Below, one piece after another: positions 28,228-40,007 of a stretch of 64,000 nt of DNA. Both the position numbers and the translations under genes were made by a program. Origin of the DNA: Octopus sinensis (Eukaryota); the NCBI RefSeq assembly GCF_006345805.1, contig NC_042999.1:22940001-23004000 (forward strand), in the 5' to 3' direction. Position 1 is the stretch's first letter. The number at the start of each line of letters is the position of its first letter. The notes beneath the pieces were generated by a model that worked only from the letters and a program-made list of their open reading frames with translations, was not told where the DNA came from and made no database searches.

Positions 28228-28480
28228 CTGTGGAGGCACTTGGCTTAGTGGTTAGCGTGTTGGATTCATGAACGTAAGATTGTGGTTTCGATTCCTGGAG
28301 CGGGGAGTTGCGTTGAGCTCTTGAGCAAAACACTCTATTTCCCGTTGCTCCACTCCAAGCTGCCAGTGAAAACGAGTAATCCAGCGACTGACTGGCGTCC
28401 AGTCCAAGGAGGAATATATACGTCGCAAAACTCAAGAAACCGGCCCTATGCCCCATACGGAGAACGAGGGCTAAACATTG
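28228..28480 (+). mobile_element. tRNA-derived SINE, S3-related subfamily
   Basis: tggcttagtggtta...ggtttcgattcc...gactggcgtccagtcca...gaaaccggccctatg. Confidence 0.75.
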
Positions 28481-28544
28481 TCTTCTGTTTGGTGAGGAAC
28501 AGGCCTTTACTTGATAAACCTAGGTTACATAATGGTGAAGTCTT

Positions 28545-28800
28545 TGTAGTGACGCCATCTTGGAAATCTCCAGCACGCATGCGCAGAGTTGGAGTCTTCA
28601 GGGAGGCCTGCCGGAAGTTCCCTCATGCGCAGAAAACTAGCAGCAGCGAAATTCCCTCGTAGCGTCCTCTTGAACGCCGGAAGCTGAACAAGACTGTCGC
28701 GTTTTATCAGCTCTCTCAAGCTGCTGCCTCGTGGCGTAGCTCCGCTATGCTTGAACGGACAGGATTAGGCTCACTCCACTTGACTACTGCGATAAGCTCT
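28545..28800. promoter_or_regulatory. CpG-rich patch with YY1-, NRF1- and ETS-like motifs
   Basis: cgccatctt at 28553-28561, cgcatgcgca at 28576-28585, ccggaagt at 28611-28618 and ccggaag at 28677-28683. Confidence 0.4.
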
Positions 28801-29775
28801 GAGGCTGCCGATTCGCCCAAAAAGAAGAGATGTATATATCGCGAATCAAGAAATAAATATTTATACTGCTGAAGTTAATCGGACGTCTTGACCATCCAGT
28901 GCGGGAACCTCTCATCCTGTTACATCTTCAAGCCATGTCCTCAGAGTCCATTCATTTGTCGCTCTATGTTAAATACATAAATAGACGGCAAATTTATTAA
29001 ACGTGCATTGTAATCTGTTTTGACAATGAAAGAATTCCATGCAATATAGCTGTACATAGAAGAATAGGTTTTTGATAGTTTTCTTTCATTAACACAGAAT
29101 TTTAGAAAACATTCCTACGATTTGCAGTAATTTTAAATCGAAACATTAAGTAATAAAGAAAAACCATTAACTATGGGCTTCCTTTTGTTGATATCGCCAT
29201 ATTGTTATTGCACACTATTGGCAAATTTATCTCCTTGATTAGCTATACTATACAATTTCACTACCATTCCTTGTTATGCTGAGCTCTTCGGAGTGAGTAA
29301 GAGAGTGAGAGAGAGAGAGAGAGAAGGAGAGAAAGGAGTTGAATTCAAATAAAGAAAACAAAAAGAAAACCAATGTATTCTATAGCTAGTTAATCTTCGT
29401 TCGTGGTGAGTAAAAATGTTCGAACAAATTACGAATGAAAAGTCTTACATTTTATTCATTGGCAATCTTCGTGTTTGGTTTACAATTACGATTTTATTTT
29501 GTTCTTGAGCGATTGTGTAACATCTCTGTTGTTATTATTTAACTGGTTCTGGATTTTCATTATTGCCACCGCTGATGTATGTATGTATATGTGTATGTAT
29601 GAATATATATATGTATGTATGTGTCATTATTCAGTTTTATTTCAAGATTTCTTGCCAATAGAGAAAGAGCCGGTTTCTAACCTAGATCCAAGGCTACTTC
29701 ATTGGACTATCAACGTCAACAACAGGGTATTTTTATATGTATGTATATATGTACGTATGTCATAAAGCGAGACAG

Positions 29776-30062
29776 ATGAGTGACAACCTGGCCACTGGTG
29801 GTGGTGTTACACACCATACTAATCATATCTGTTAAGCATGTGGAAGAGAGTGTAATTCAGCAGGAGGACTTTAACGACATGCAAAGGTACATGAAGCCCA
29901 GTTACAACTACAGCCGGCTATTACCGGTAAAGGTTTAAGTTTCCAATTCTGTACAAGACATTGTAGATCTTTAGCTGGGCTAAAAAGTCACATTCGATCA
30001 CAGCACCAATAACAGTTAAGCTTCGTGCAATGGCCATACTCGATAACGAGGGGGCAGCCATC
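29776..30062 (+). mobile_element. 3' end of an RTE-like LINE with two C2H2-like motifs and a (TGTA)n tail
   Basis: C*ACGRECNSAGGL*RHAKVH and FCTRHCRSLAGLKSHIRSQH*, then ggccatactcgataacgagggggcagccatca and (tgta)n. Confidence 0.65.
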
Positions 30063-30117
30063 ATGTACGTATGTATGTATGTATGTATGTATGTATGTAT
30101 GTATGTATGTATGTATG

Positions 30118-30148
<31 letters not shown>

Positions 30149-30276
30149 ATATGTATGTATGTATGTATGTATATGTGCAGATTTGTATGTTTTGTTTTAT
30201 GTATATCTTCTTATGAATATACTTACATATCTAGATATGCTCATATATACTTAAATGATAAACTTCTGTATGTACG

Positions 30277-30309
<33 letters not shown>

Positions 30310-30456
30310 TGTATGTATGTATGTATGTATGTATGTATGGATGGATGGATGGATGGATGGATGGATGGATGGGTGGGTGGATGGATGTATGTATGACAGA
30401 TAAATGGATAGACAGACAGATAGTACATAGATTAATGATAGACAGATAGATAGATA

Positions 30457-30970
30457 TGTTTCTTTATTAGCCACACAGGGCTGCACACAGATAGAACAAA
30501 TTACAAGGTAGAGCTTTTCTTTTGAAGGTATTAAAAAAAAAAAAAAAAAAAAAAGGAAGGGGGAGGTTCGATCAAAAGGGATCGTAAAAGGAGAGAAAGA
30601 GGACAAAAATAAGGGGGGTTAAAAAAAAAAAAAAGGGGGGGGGGGGAGGAAAAAAAATGATCAATAGGGATCGTTATCACAGAAATGTCAATATGAAGTG
30701 TAAAGGGGAGGACAGGTGAGGTTTACCCGTGGAAAGAAAAGCCTGCGGAAAAGACCACGGTAACCTCGGTCAATGAAGTCACATTTTATATTTCTTTTTT
30801 TTTTTTTTTTTTTTTTGCAAATAAGCAACTCTCTGTTTTCGATTTCTGGGTTCATAGGACTATGCTCAAGGTGGCTTCGTCATTCATACGTGCCATTCTT
30901 GCTACATTCACCCATCTTTTTTTAAAACATTCGCTAGACAAAACTTGCCTCTCTACTCTCACTTTCCTTA
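30457..30970 (-). mobile_element. 5'-truncated copy of a related Tx1 subfamily (end of ORF2 + 3' UTR)
   Basis: 30860-30965 aligns with 5700-5800. The 3' end gccctgtgtggctaataaag matches the 3' end of the long copy. Confidence 0.85.
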
Positions 30971-31005
30971 TAGATAGATAGATAGATAGATAGGTAGATA
31001 GATAA

Positions 31006-31097
<92 letters not shown>

Positions 31098-31486
31098 CTG
31101 TTTATTAAATGCCGTATTGTTTCTGATGTGTTCTCACAAGACAAAGATTGTTGCAGACATCCTAAAATTCTTGTTATTATATCTGTGCTTTCTTTCTTTG
31201 GGCAGCTTGCAACCGTGAATCCAGAGTTTAGGCTAAATTAACCATTATAAACCAATATCAGTTTTTGATTAAGCGAGCAGACGATAAATAATTGCACTTT
31301 TTTGCATGCTGTAAGCGATGGTCCTTCTCCAACCGACTGCATGTCGTAAGACTTCTCTCTCCCCCTTTTCTGTCTTCGTCTCTTTCTCTCGTTCTTTGCC
31401 TCTACCTTCAGCTGACCACGTGACCATTAGTCTAACCGTATTAATATATTAACCTTTCTCTACTTCCTCCTCTCGTCTTTTTTCAT

Positions 31487-31527
<41 letters not shown>

Positions 31528-31789
31528 GCCACCTCTCACTCGCTCTGCCTCCACTTCTCTTAGTGAGTTAGCGAACGAACAAGCAGATTATTCAGTTCTA
31601 TATTTAATAGGTAAGGAATTATGTACATTATTTACATTATTTATATTATTTACATTTCGACGGATATTTGTCCTCATCTTGTTTGTTGTTAACACAACGT
31701 TTCGGCTGATATACCCTCCAGCCTTCATCATGAGTTTTGGAGAAATTTTGGTTCCCATTCCTAAGGGATGCTGTTGTTGTTGTTATTAA

Positions 31790-31879
<90 letters not shown>

Positions 31880-31888
31880 CATAATTAT

Positions 31889-31944
<56 letters not shown>

Positions 31945-33046
31945 TTATTATTGTTATTGTTCAGGTCACTGCTTGGAATCTCGGAATCTTGGGCTTAGTA
32001 GCCCGCACGTACACACACATATGTAGTCTATCAGAGGTCTGCCCATGGGAAGGTCCTGTGTATGTGAACCTTCCCATGCACTCTCTATACAGCCTGGGAG
32101 GGCCAGTACCTTCGACAGCCACCTTTAAGTAGATTACTGGAACCTCGGTTACCATAACCAAACCTGAGATGAAGACTGGAGTGGCTTATCGTTTACTTCT
32201 CCAGGCAGGTGGGATTTGAACTCAGAATGTAGAGGACTGGAAGCTATACTGGAAAGCATCTCTGCCGACTCACCACTGCTTCTGTCACACTCCCACACGC
32301 GCTGAACAACGCACCGCTTGGTCAGGGAATCTAACCCACGATCTAGCGATCGCAACTGCAAAGCCTAACCATTACGCCACGCACTTTCACGCACAGACAA
32401 TTTATTCCGTATTATATTCCGTATAACCTGCTACAAAATTGCGATTAAATTCATGTTTGTTAGGATTTATTTCTTGGATTATTCATCGATTTTAATGCTA
32501 TATGAGGCATTAAAGAATAATTGCCTAAACGTGCGAGGTCCCAGTTGCTGTGCAAATTCTTCTCGGCACTCCCTCAGTTATCCAATAAATTTTCTTTAAG
32601 ATAATTCTCAGGTATGAGATAGCAATATTCAGGTAAGCGCGTGATATGTATTCATATATCATATACTAAACAGGGAACAGGAAATTCTACCTCTCTCTAT
32701 GTTACTCTCCCCCCTCTCTCTCAGTATATATATATATATATATTAACATATATATACGGTGTATATATTCATGTATATAGTGTGTGTGCCTATATATATC
32801 TAATTATGTGTATGTATGTATATTTACATATATATCTATGCATAAACATATGCATTTATGTGCTTATATAACTGTTTATATATATGCATGTATATATGTA
32901 TCTATCTATGTATACGTTTATATATATGTGCATATACATACATACATATATATACATACATACGTACGCATGTATGTATGTATGTATGTATGTATGTATG
33001 TATGTATGTATGTATGTATGTATGTATGCGTGTATGTATGTATATA

Positions 33047-34380
33047 TCAGGTCATCCAATAAATAATGTCCGGACTATCATATTTGTAGGTTTTATCAAA
33101 TTTTACAGTATTCCAAAATATCAGATATTATTATTGATGCTCGTATGAATTTGGAAACCTTTAACTTAATATAATTTCTTTTTACAGGATAATCTGTCTG
33201 AATTAATTATTAATACTAACCCCTCAAAGTTGGATGTTTCAAAGGAGCATTTAAGGCGCATAATGCTTTATGAGCTCAAAAAGGGAAACAGCGCAGCTAA
33301 AGCATCCAGAAATATCCATTTTGTTTATGGAAAGGCGAATTCTGCTTCGCAATGATAGGAAGAGCCGACGTCGAAGGATCAAAAAGCGACGTCGCTGCGA
33401 ACGCTTGGCCGCCACAAGACAGTTATCTCTGTGGTAACTTTTCTGAAGTTGTAGAAGATGGTTTGCAAAGTTCAAAAATGATGATTTCAGGCCAAGAGTG
33501 AAGCCACAAATACGATGCTCTGTTGAATTTGATGACGAGCTTCTTTTGATAGAGCTTGGGAAGGATAATGCTATGTCAGTTGAACAACTGGGAAGCAAGC
33601 TCAATTCAAGTTATCCAACTGTTCACTTCCATCTTCAACTGCTTGAAAAGGTGACCGAACTCGGAAAATGCCTTCTGCATGTTTTGACAGAAACCAACCG
33701 AAAATCACGAGTGGACATCTCGTCACTCTATTTTTGGACAAATTAGTGACTAGTGATGAAAATTGATTTTTTATAAAAATCTTAAGCGACGCAGGCAATG
33801 GCTCAGTTGTGGAGATTAGGTTAAACCACAGCCCAAAAAGGACCTCCATGCAAAAAATGTTCTTTTGTTTGGTGGGATTTCATTGAAGTCACCCATTTTG
33901 ACCTGCTACCAATGCAACAATAACTGCTCATACTTATTGCCAAGAATTAGAGAGTTTGGATAATGCTTTGAAGAAAAAATGCTTGCTTTGGCGAATCGTT
34001 AGGAAGTGGTATTTCATTATGATAATGCAAGGTTCTATATTGCAAAGATTACATTAGAAAAAAAATCGAAGAATTTGGCTAGGAAAAAGTCCCCCATCCG
34101 CTTTATTCCTTGAACCAAGCTTCTTCTGATTACCGAAGCTTACAGAATCATTTAAATGGATTAGTACTCAAAGTGGTCGAAACTGATCTCTTTTCCTTCT
34201 TATCAAAACAAAAAGTGTCTTCTACCAATGGAATTAATAAACTGATAAGTAGATAGAAGGAAACGATTGATAATGATGGGATATAATATAAAGGATTAAG
34301 TTTTAATAAGATGTAAAATTAGACCGCTGTTTTACATTACCCAAAATCCGGACACATTACTTATGAGATGATCAGATGAT
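33047..34380 (+). mobile_element. Mariner transposon, transposase pseudogene, degenerate TIRs
   Basis: KEHLRRIMLYELKKGNSA, CRRWFAKFK, VTSDE, FHYDNAR and WEKVPHPLYS..SDY. The left end tcaggtcatccaataaataatgtccgga matches the reverse complement of the right end tccggacacattacttatgagatgatcaga. Confidence 0.88.
33334..33446 (-). rRNA. 113-bp 28S rRNA fragment (domain V), pseudogenic insertion
   Basis: The reverse complement reads tcagaaaagttaccacagagataactgtcttgtggcggccaagcgttcgcagcgacgtcgctttttgatccttcgacgtcggctcttcctatcattgcgaagcagaattcgcc. This is the conserved eukaryotic LSU peptidyl-transferase region with a few substitutions. Confidence 0.93.
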
Positions 34381-34450
34381 GTGATATATATATATATATA
34401 TATATATATGAATTAAGAATTTGCGTATGCATATGAGTATGTACGGATGA

Positions 34451-34482
<32 letters not shown>

Positions 34483-35491
34483 ACATATATATTAATGTAC
34501 GTATCTATATATGTATCTATGTATGCATGTATGTATGTATGTATGTATGTATGTATGTATGTATGTATGTATGTATGTATGTATGTATGTATATGTACAA
34601 ATATATATGTATGTACTTCTGTGTGTACGTCCGTACGTACATATGCATGTCTGAATGCATGTATGCACGCATGTATGTATTATGTGTATATGAATGCATG
34701 CATGTATGTATGTATGTATGTACACATGTATGTATGCATGCATGTACGTATGTATGTACGTATATATGTACATATGTACATAAATGTACATATATATGTA
34801 TGTACGTACGTAATTACTATGCATGTATGTATGTACGTACGTATATATATATATATATATAATATATGATCGTATGTATCAATTAAAGTAAATATTTAAA
34901 AGCTAATACCTCTACTCATTTTAATAAGGAAGAATTGTAATGAAAATATTAATCCAACGGTAATATAGTTTCACCTTACGTTCGCTAATACAGCTTGATT
35001 ATATCCGAACAACGTAATACCATCTATAATTATTTCTTCGTAATTACCATCTGCTGAGGCATTAAGATATGTATTGGTAATTTCATATATTTCTGTCTCA
35101 GGTAATTATTACATTTTTGTCTTCGGCATTCCCTATAGCAGATTCCAATTAAGAGAAAGAAGAGAGTTTAATTACTTGGTGCTTTGCACGTTATAGTAAT
35201 ATCGTTCTCGCCACAGGAAGCGAGAAATATGATGATATCAAGAAATATTAATGGTTATAAATCTGCTTGCTACAACGATATATTTCCACTGGAATACATC
35301 TTCCCCCTCAATCTATCTCATTCTCTTTCTTTCAGTATCGTCCATTCTCACAGCCTTTATGCGTATGCGTGCGCTCGTGTATGTAATATATAAGTGTATG
35401 TATGTGTGTATGTATGTATGTATGTATGTATGTATGTATGTATGTATGTATATATGCATGTATGTATGCACGTATGTATGTATGTATACTC

Positions 35492-35860
35492 TCTTTTTAC
35501 TTGTTTCAGTCATTTGACTGCGGCCATGCTGGAGCACCGCCTTTAATCGAGCAACTCGACCCCGGGACTTATTCTTTGTAAGCCCAGTACTTATTCTATC
35601 GGTCTCATTTTGCCGAACCGCTAAGTGACGGAGACATAAACACACCAGCATCGGTTGTCAAGCAATGCTAGGGGGACAAACGCAGACACACAAACACACA
35701 CACATACATATATATACATATATACGACGGGCTTCTTTCAGTTTCCGCCTATCAAATCCACTCACAAGGCTTTGGTCGGCCCGAGGCTATAGTAGAAGAC
35801 TGAACCCGGAACCATGTGGTTGGTAAACAAGCTACTTACCACACAGCCACTCCTGCGCCT
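35492..35860 (-). mobile_element. SINE family S1, full length with small deletion
   Basis: Same consensus. Confidence 0.85.
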
Positions 35861-37052
35861 ATGTATGTATGTATGTATGTATGTATGTATGTATGTATGT
35901 ATGTATGTATGTATGTTTGTATGTATGTATGTGTGTATGTATGTATGTATGTATGTGTGTATGTATGTATGTATGTGTGTATGTATGTATGTATGTGTGT
36001 ATGTATGTATGTATGTATGTATGTATGTATGTATGTATGTATGTATGTATGTATGTATGTGTGTATGTATGTATGTATTATGTATGTATGTATGTACATG
36101 TACATGTGTGTCTTTGTGTCTGGTGCAGGTCTATTTACGCCCCCCGTAACTTAGCGGTTTGGCACAAAACACCGATAGAATAAGTACTAAACGCTAACAA
36201 GAAATAAGTTCTGGGGGTCGATTTCATCGACTAAAAAACAATGCAAGGCGGTGCTCCAACGTGGCCGCAGTCATGGCTGAAACAAGTGAAAGAATAAAAG
36301 AATATATCAAACATAAGCATATATATTTGTGTATGTGTGTGTATTCTTTTATTCTTTTATTCTTTTATTTGTTTCTCTCAGTTGACTGCGGTCATGTTGG
36401 AGCACCGCCTTTAGTCGAACAAATCGACCCAAGGACCTTTTAAAAAGAAGGCAATTTTAAGCCACTATTTCTGTATAGAATAGTAGTAACTATCAAATTC
36501 CATCCATATACGAGACCCAACAGCAAGATACGAGAACTATAAATTGCCTGTTATTTCTTAACTCACTTTTTTTCCCCAATTTAAGATGCCGCAAGCAATT
36601 ATGGTTTCTGATCAGAGTGAGACTAAAACTTTAGTACCAACTGATTGACAAACCAGACACGTTTTTATCTTCTTCTCAAAGACCTTATTATTTGATTTGG
36701 ATATATTTATGTAAACTAATTTTCATCTTCTCATTGTAAAACATTTTATTACCTGAATGTTTTATGTAAACTATTTTTTGACTCATCACAGAGGATACGC
36801 AAAGCCTCAAACATTTTCTTGTCATATATATATATATATATATATGCCATGTTGGACCATTAGCCCCTACACGCAATTTTTTTCTCTCCTTGTTTCTCTC
36901 CTTGTTTCTTTTCTGTGTATCTTTCTGTGGAAGAGCGTAGGCTCGAAACGTAAAAGACTTGTTTTATTTCTATTCCTGAGCGTCATACTAATACATTGTT
37001 TGTTTGTACTCCACCTGTCTTCATCTTTTGTTTATTTTCGTAAACCTTCCCG

Positions 37053-37100
<48 letters not shown>

Positions 37101-37217
37101 CCTACATCATAGTAATTCAATTCATAGTGAAAAATATTATCTATAATAAAATATAAATTTAAATATATTATTAATATTGTACAAAAAATTACTATACTTT
37201 TATATATTGTGAAATTT

Positions 37218-37439
37218 GAAAGAAAGAGACCTCAATATTATGTAAACAGAGGAAATTTATCTGTAAAATAATATGTGACAATTATACAAAAGCCAAGATA
37301 AAACTCTGAGTTTCGGATGCCGACGTAGAAATCCACAACACCATCTCTTCGGTTATCTGGAGAAGGTGTAGATTTCCACCTCGGCATCCGAAACTCAGAG
37401 TTTTATCTTGACTTTTGTATAATTGTCACATATTATTTT

Positions 37440-37507
<68 letters not shown>

Positions 37508-37830
37508 AAAATAATGTGACAATTATACAAAAGTCAAGATAAAACTCTGAGTTTCGGATGCCGAGGTGGAAATCTACACCTTCTCCAGATATATATATAT
37601 ATATCCGTAAAATAATATGTGACAATTATACAAAAGTCAAGATAAAACTCTGAGTTTCGGATGCCGAGGTGGAAATCTACACCTTCTCCAGATAACCGAA
37701 GAGATGGTGTTGTGGATTTCTACGTCGGCATCCGAAACTCGGAGTTTTATCTTGGCTTTTGTATAATTGTCACATATTATTTTACAGATAAATTTCCTCT
37801 GTTTACATAATATTGAGGTCTCTTTCTTTC
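37218..37830. repeat. Nested palindrome (fold-back) with (TA)n centre
   Basis: 37218-37444 is the reverse complement of about 37603-37830, each arm is itself palindromic, and an extra partial arm lies at 37503-37590. Confidence 0.92.
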
Positions 37831-37889
37831 TTTTGTTATCTTACCGTTTTTACCAACACACACACACACACACACACCACACACACACG

Positions 37890-37924
<35 letters not shown>

Positions 37925-37969
37925 GTTCGTATGTATGCATATATATATATTTTTAAGGTCTATTTGCAG

Positions 37970-38178
37970 GTACACCATCTAAGGCCCGCATCAAAGTCGC
38001 CTTCTCTGTGGGCCTCATGAAAGATCTTGGTCCAATAACTAAAGACCAGGAGATACTTTGGGACAGAGTTTTTTCCAATATTGGAGAGTCATATAGCATT
38101 AAAAACGGTCGGTTCGTTGCTCCCCATAACGGAACATATAAGTTCGATGCAGCTGTTGCTGCTCGAGGCGGCCAAAAG
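37970..38178 (+). CDS. C1q domain-containing protein, exon encoding the N-terminal half of gC1q
   Basis: Acceptor tatttgcag|g at 37969/37970 and donor aag|gtaatt at 38178/38179. Translation TPSKARIKVAFSVGLMKDLGPITKDQEILWDRVFSNIGESYSIKNGRFVAPHNGTYKFDAAVAARGGQK matches the gC1q pattern AFS...V..NIG..Y....G.F.AP..G.Y.F. Starts phase 1, ends phase 0. Confidence 0.9.
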
Positions 38179-38199
38179 GTAATTCGATTATTTCTATCT

Positions 38200-38390
38200 C
38201 ACAGTCTTTTTGCTCGTCTATCTATTTCTCTATCTATCTGTCTGCCGGTCTGCCTGTCTGACTGTCAATCTGTCTGACTATCTGTGCATCTGTCTCTCTT
38301 TCTATCTATTTAAGTGTCTGTATGGCTGTCTGTCTGTCTATTTATCTATCTATTTATCTATCTATCCCTGTCTATCTAGCTATCCCTCTG

Positions 38391-38444
<54 letters not shown>

Positions 38445-38447
38445 CTT

Positions 38448-38519
<72 letters not shown>

Positions 38520-38637
38520 ACTTCTAGCTATCTAACTATCTATCCTTCTATTTACCAGTGTATGTATCTCTCTATCTACCTATCAATCTATTCTATGTAT
38601 CTATCCTTCTATCTATTTATCTATCTATCTATCATTT

Positions 38638-38679
<42 letters not shown>

Positions 38680-38680
38680 A
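38200..38680 (+). repeat. Degenerate (TATC)n/(TGTC)n tract in the C1q intron
   Basis: Direct reading of the sequence. Confidence 0.9.
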
Positions 38681-38912
38681 AAGCACCCAAGATGCTAAGT
38701 GTGGGTGTTAAACCTGATGACGGACATCTGCTCTCTCTCCTTCACACACACACGGACACACACACACAATGTCTCTCTCTCTCTCTCTCTCTTTCTCATT
38801 ACCTTTCTTTCTCTCTCTCCCTCTCTCTCTCTCTCTTTCTGCTCCTCTCTACGTTTCTCTATGTTTTGCCAATTTAAACGACAAATACATTATTTCTTAA
38901 ACTTTGCACTTA

Positions 38913-38972
<60 letters not shown>

Positions 38973-38975
38973 TAA

Positions 38976-39967
38976 ATGGCAAGAAATAATAAATGGCAAG
39001 AAAAACCTCTCTACGGCAAATACCCAAAGAGAGCGAATAATGCAGATATCGACAAAGCCCTGACCCATCAATGGCTATGGCCTCTGGCTTAAAATCTGAA
39101 ACAGAGGGTTTATCATAGCAGCTCAAGATCAATGCCTACCAACAAGAACTACCAGGCCAACATATTAAAGATCAGAAGCAGTCCAACGTGTCGTGTATGC
39201 AAGCAACAAAATGAAACCATTGACCATGTGGTCTCCAAGTGCAGTCTTCTAGCGCCTACAGAGTATCTCAACAGGCACGATAGAGCTGCACAATATATTC
39301 ACTGGGTAATCTGTAAAAACCTGGATTTGCCCCATGAAAAAAACTGGTGGGAACACAAACCACCCCCAGTGCTTGAAAATGACCACATCTCACTCCTCTG
39401 GAACTTCACCATTCAAACTGACAGGAAGATAGATGCAAATAGGCCAGACATCACATTGAAAGACTTCAAACAAGAACATGCTCCTCATTGATATGACTGT
39501 CCCAATCGATATAAACGTATCTGTCAGGACCTACCAAAAACTGAGCAAAATAAAGATCTTGAAATAGAAATCAGCAAAATGTGGAAGCTGAAGACTAAAA
39601 CAATACCTGTTGTCATAGGTGCCCTGGAATGATAGCAAAAGGGGCTGATAGCTACCTAACTCAGATACCAGGAAACCCAAAAATGGCAGAAGTTCAAAAG
39701 ATAGTGCTCATGGGAACTGCTCATATCCTACGCAAAATACTCTCTATGTAACCTCAAGGTTTAAAACAAACATAATTTTCGGTTTAAAAAAAAAAAAAAA
39801 AAAACTTTTTTTTTTTTAGACATTCATTAGTACAACATCCCCACCCCCCAAATATATGGCACACTAGGCATAACAACAACATGAACTTCCAACCCTGTCG
39901 TCTCTTGAGGTCTCTGGGTGAGACTTGGAGCCAACTTGTACAAATATAAAGCAAAAGTCAAACATAG
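38976..39967 (+). mobile_element. 5'-truncated R4/Dong-like RLE non-LTR retrotransposon in (AAT)n
   Basis: WQEKPLYGKY, SGLKSETEG, AQDQ, CRVC...ETIDHVVSKC, RHD, RPDI, IDMTVP and VIGALG...QKIVLMGTAHILRKIL*. (AAT)n lies on both sides. Confidence 0.88.
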
Positions 39968-40007
39968 AATAATAATAATAATAATAATAATAATGATAAT
40001 AATAAAA

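Noticed and set aside
29435-29516. Signal-peptide-like MKSLTFYSLAIFVFGLQ.. as the C1q first exon
   Set aside because: The phase-compatible donor (t|gtaaca) is weak, hydrophobic frames are common in T-rich DNA, and a stronger donor lies just upstream at 29406.
36587-36617. Micro-exon MPQAIMVSDQ with a phase-1 donor
   Set aside because: Plausible splice sites but nothing else supports it; chance occurrence is likely.
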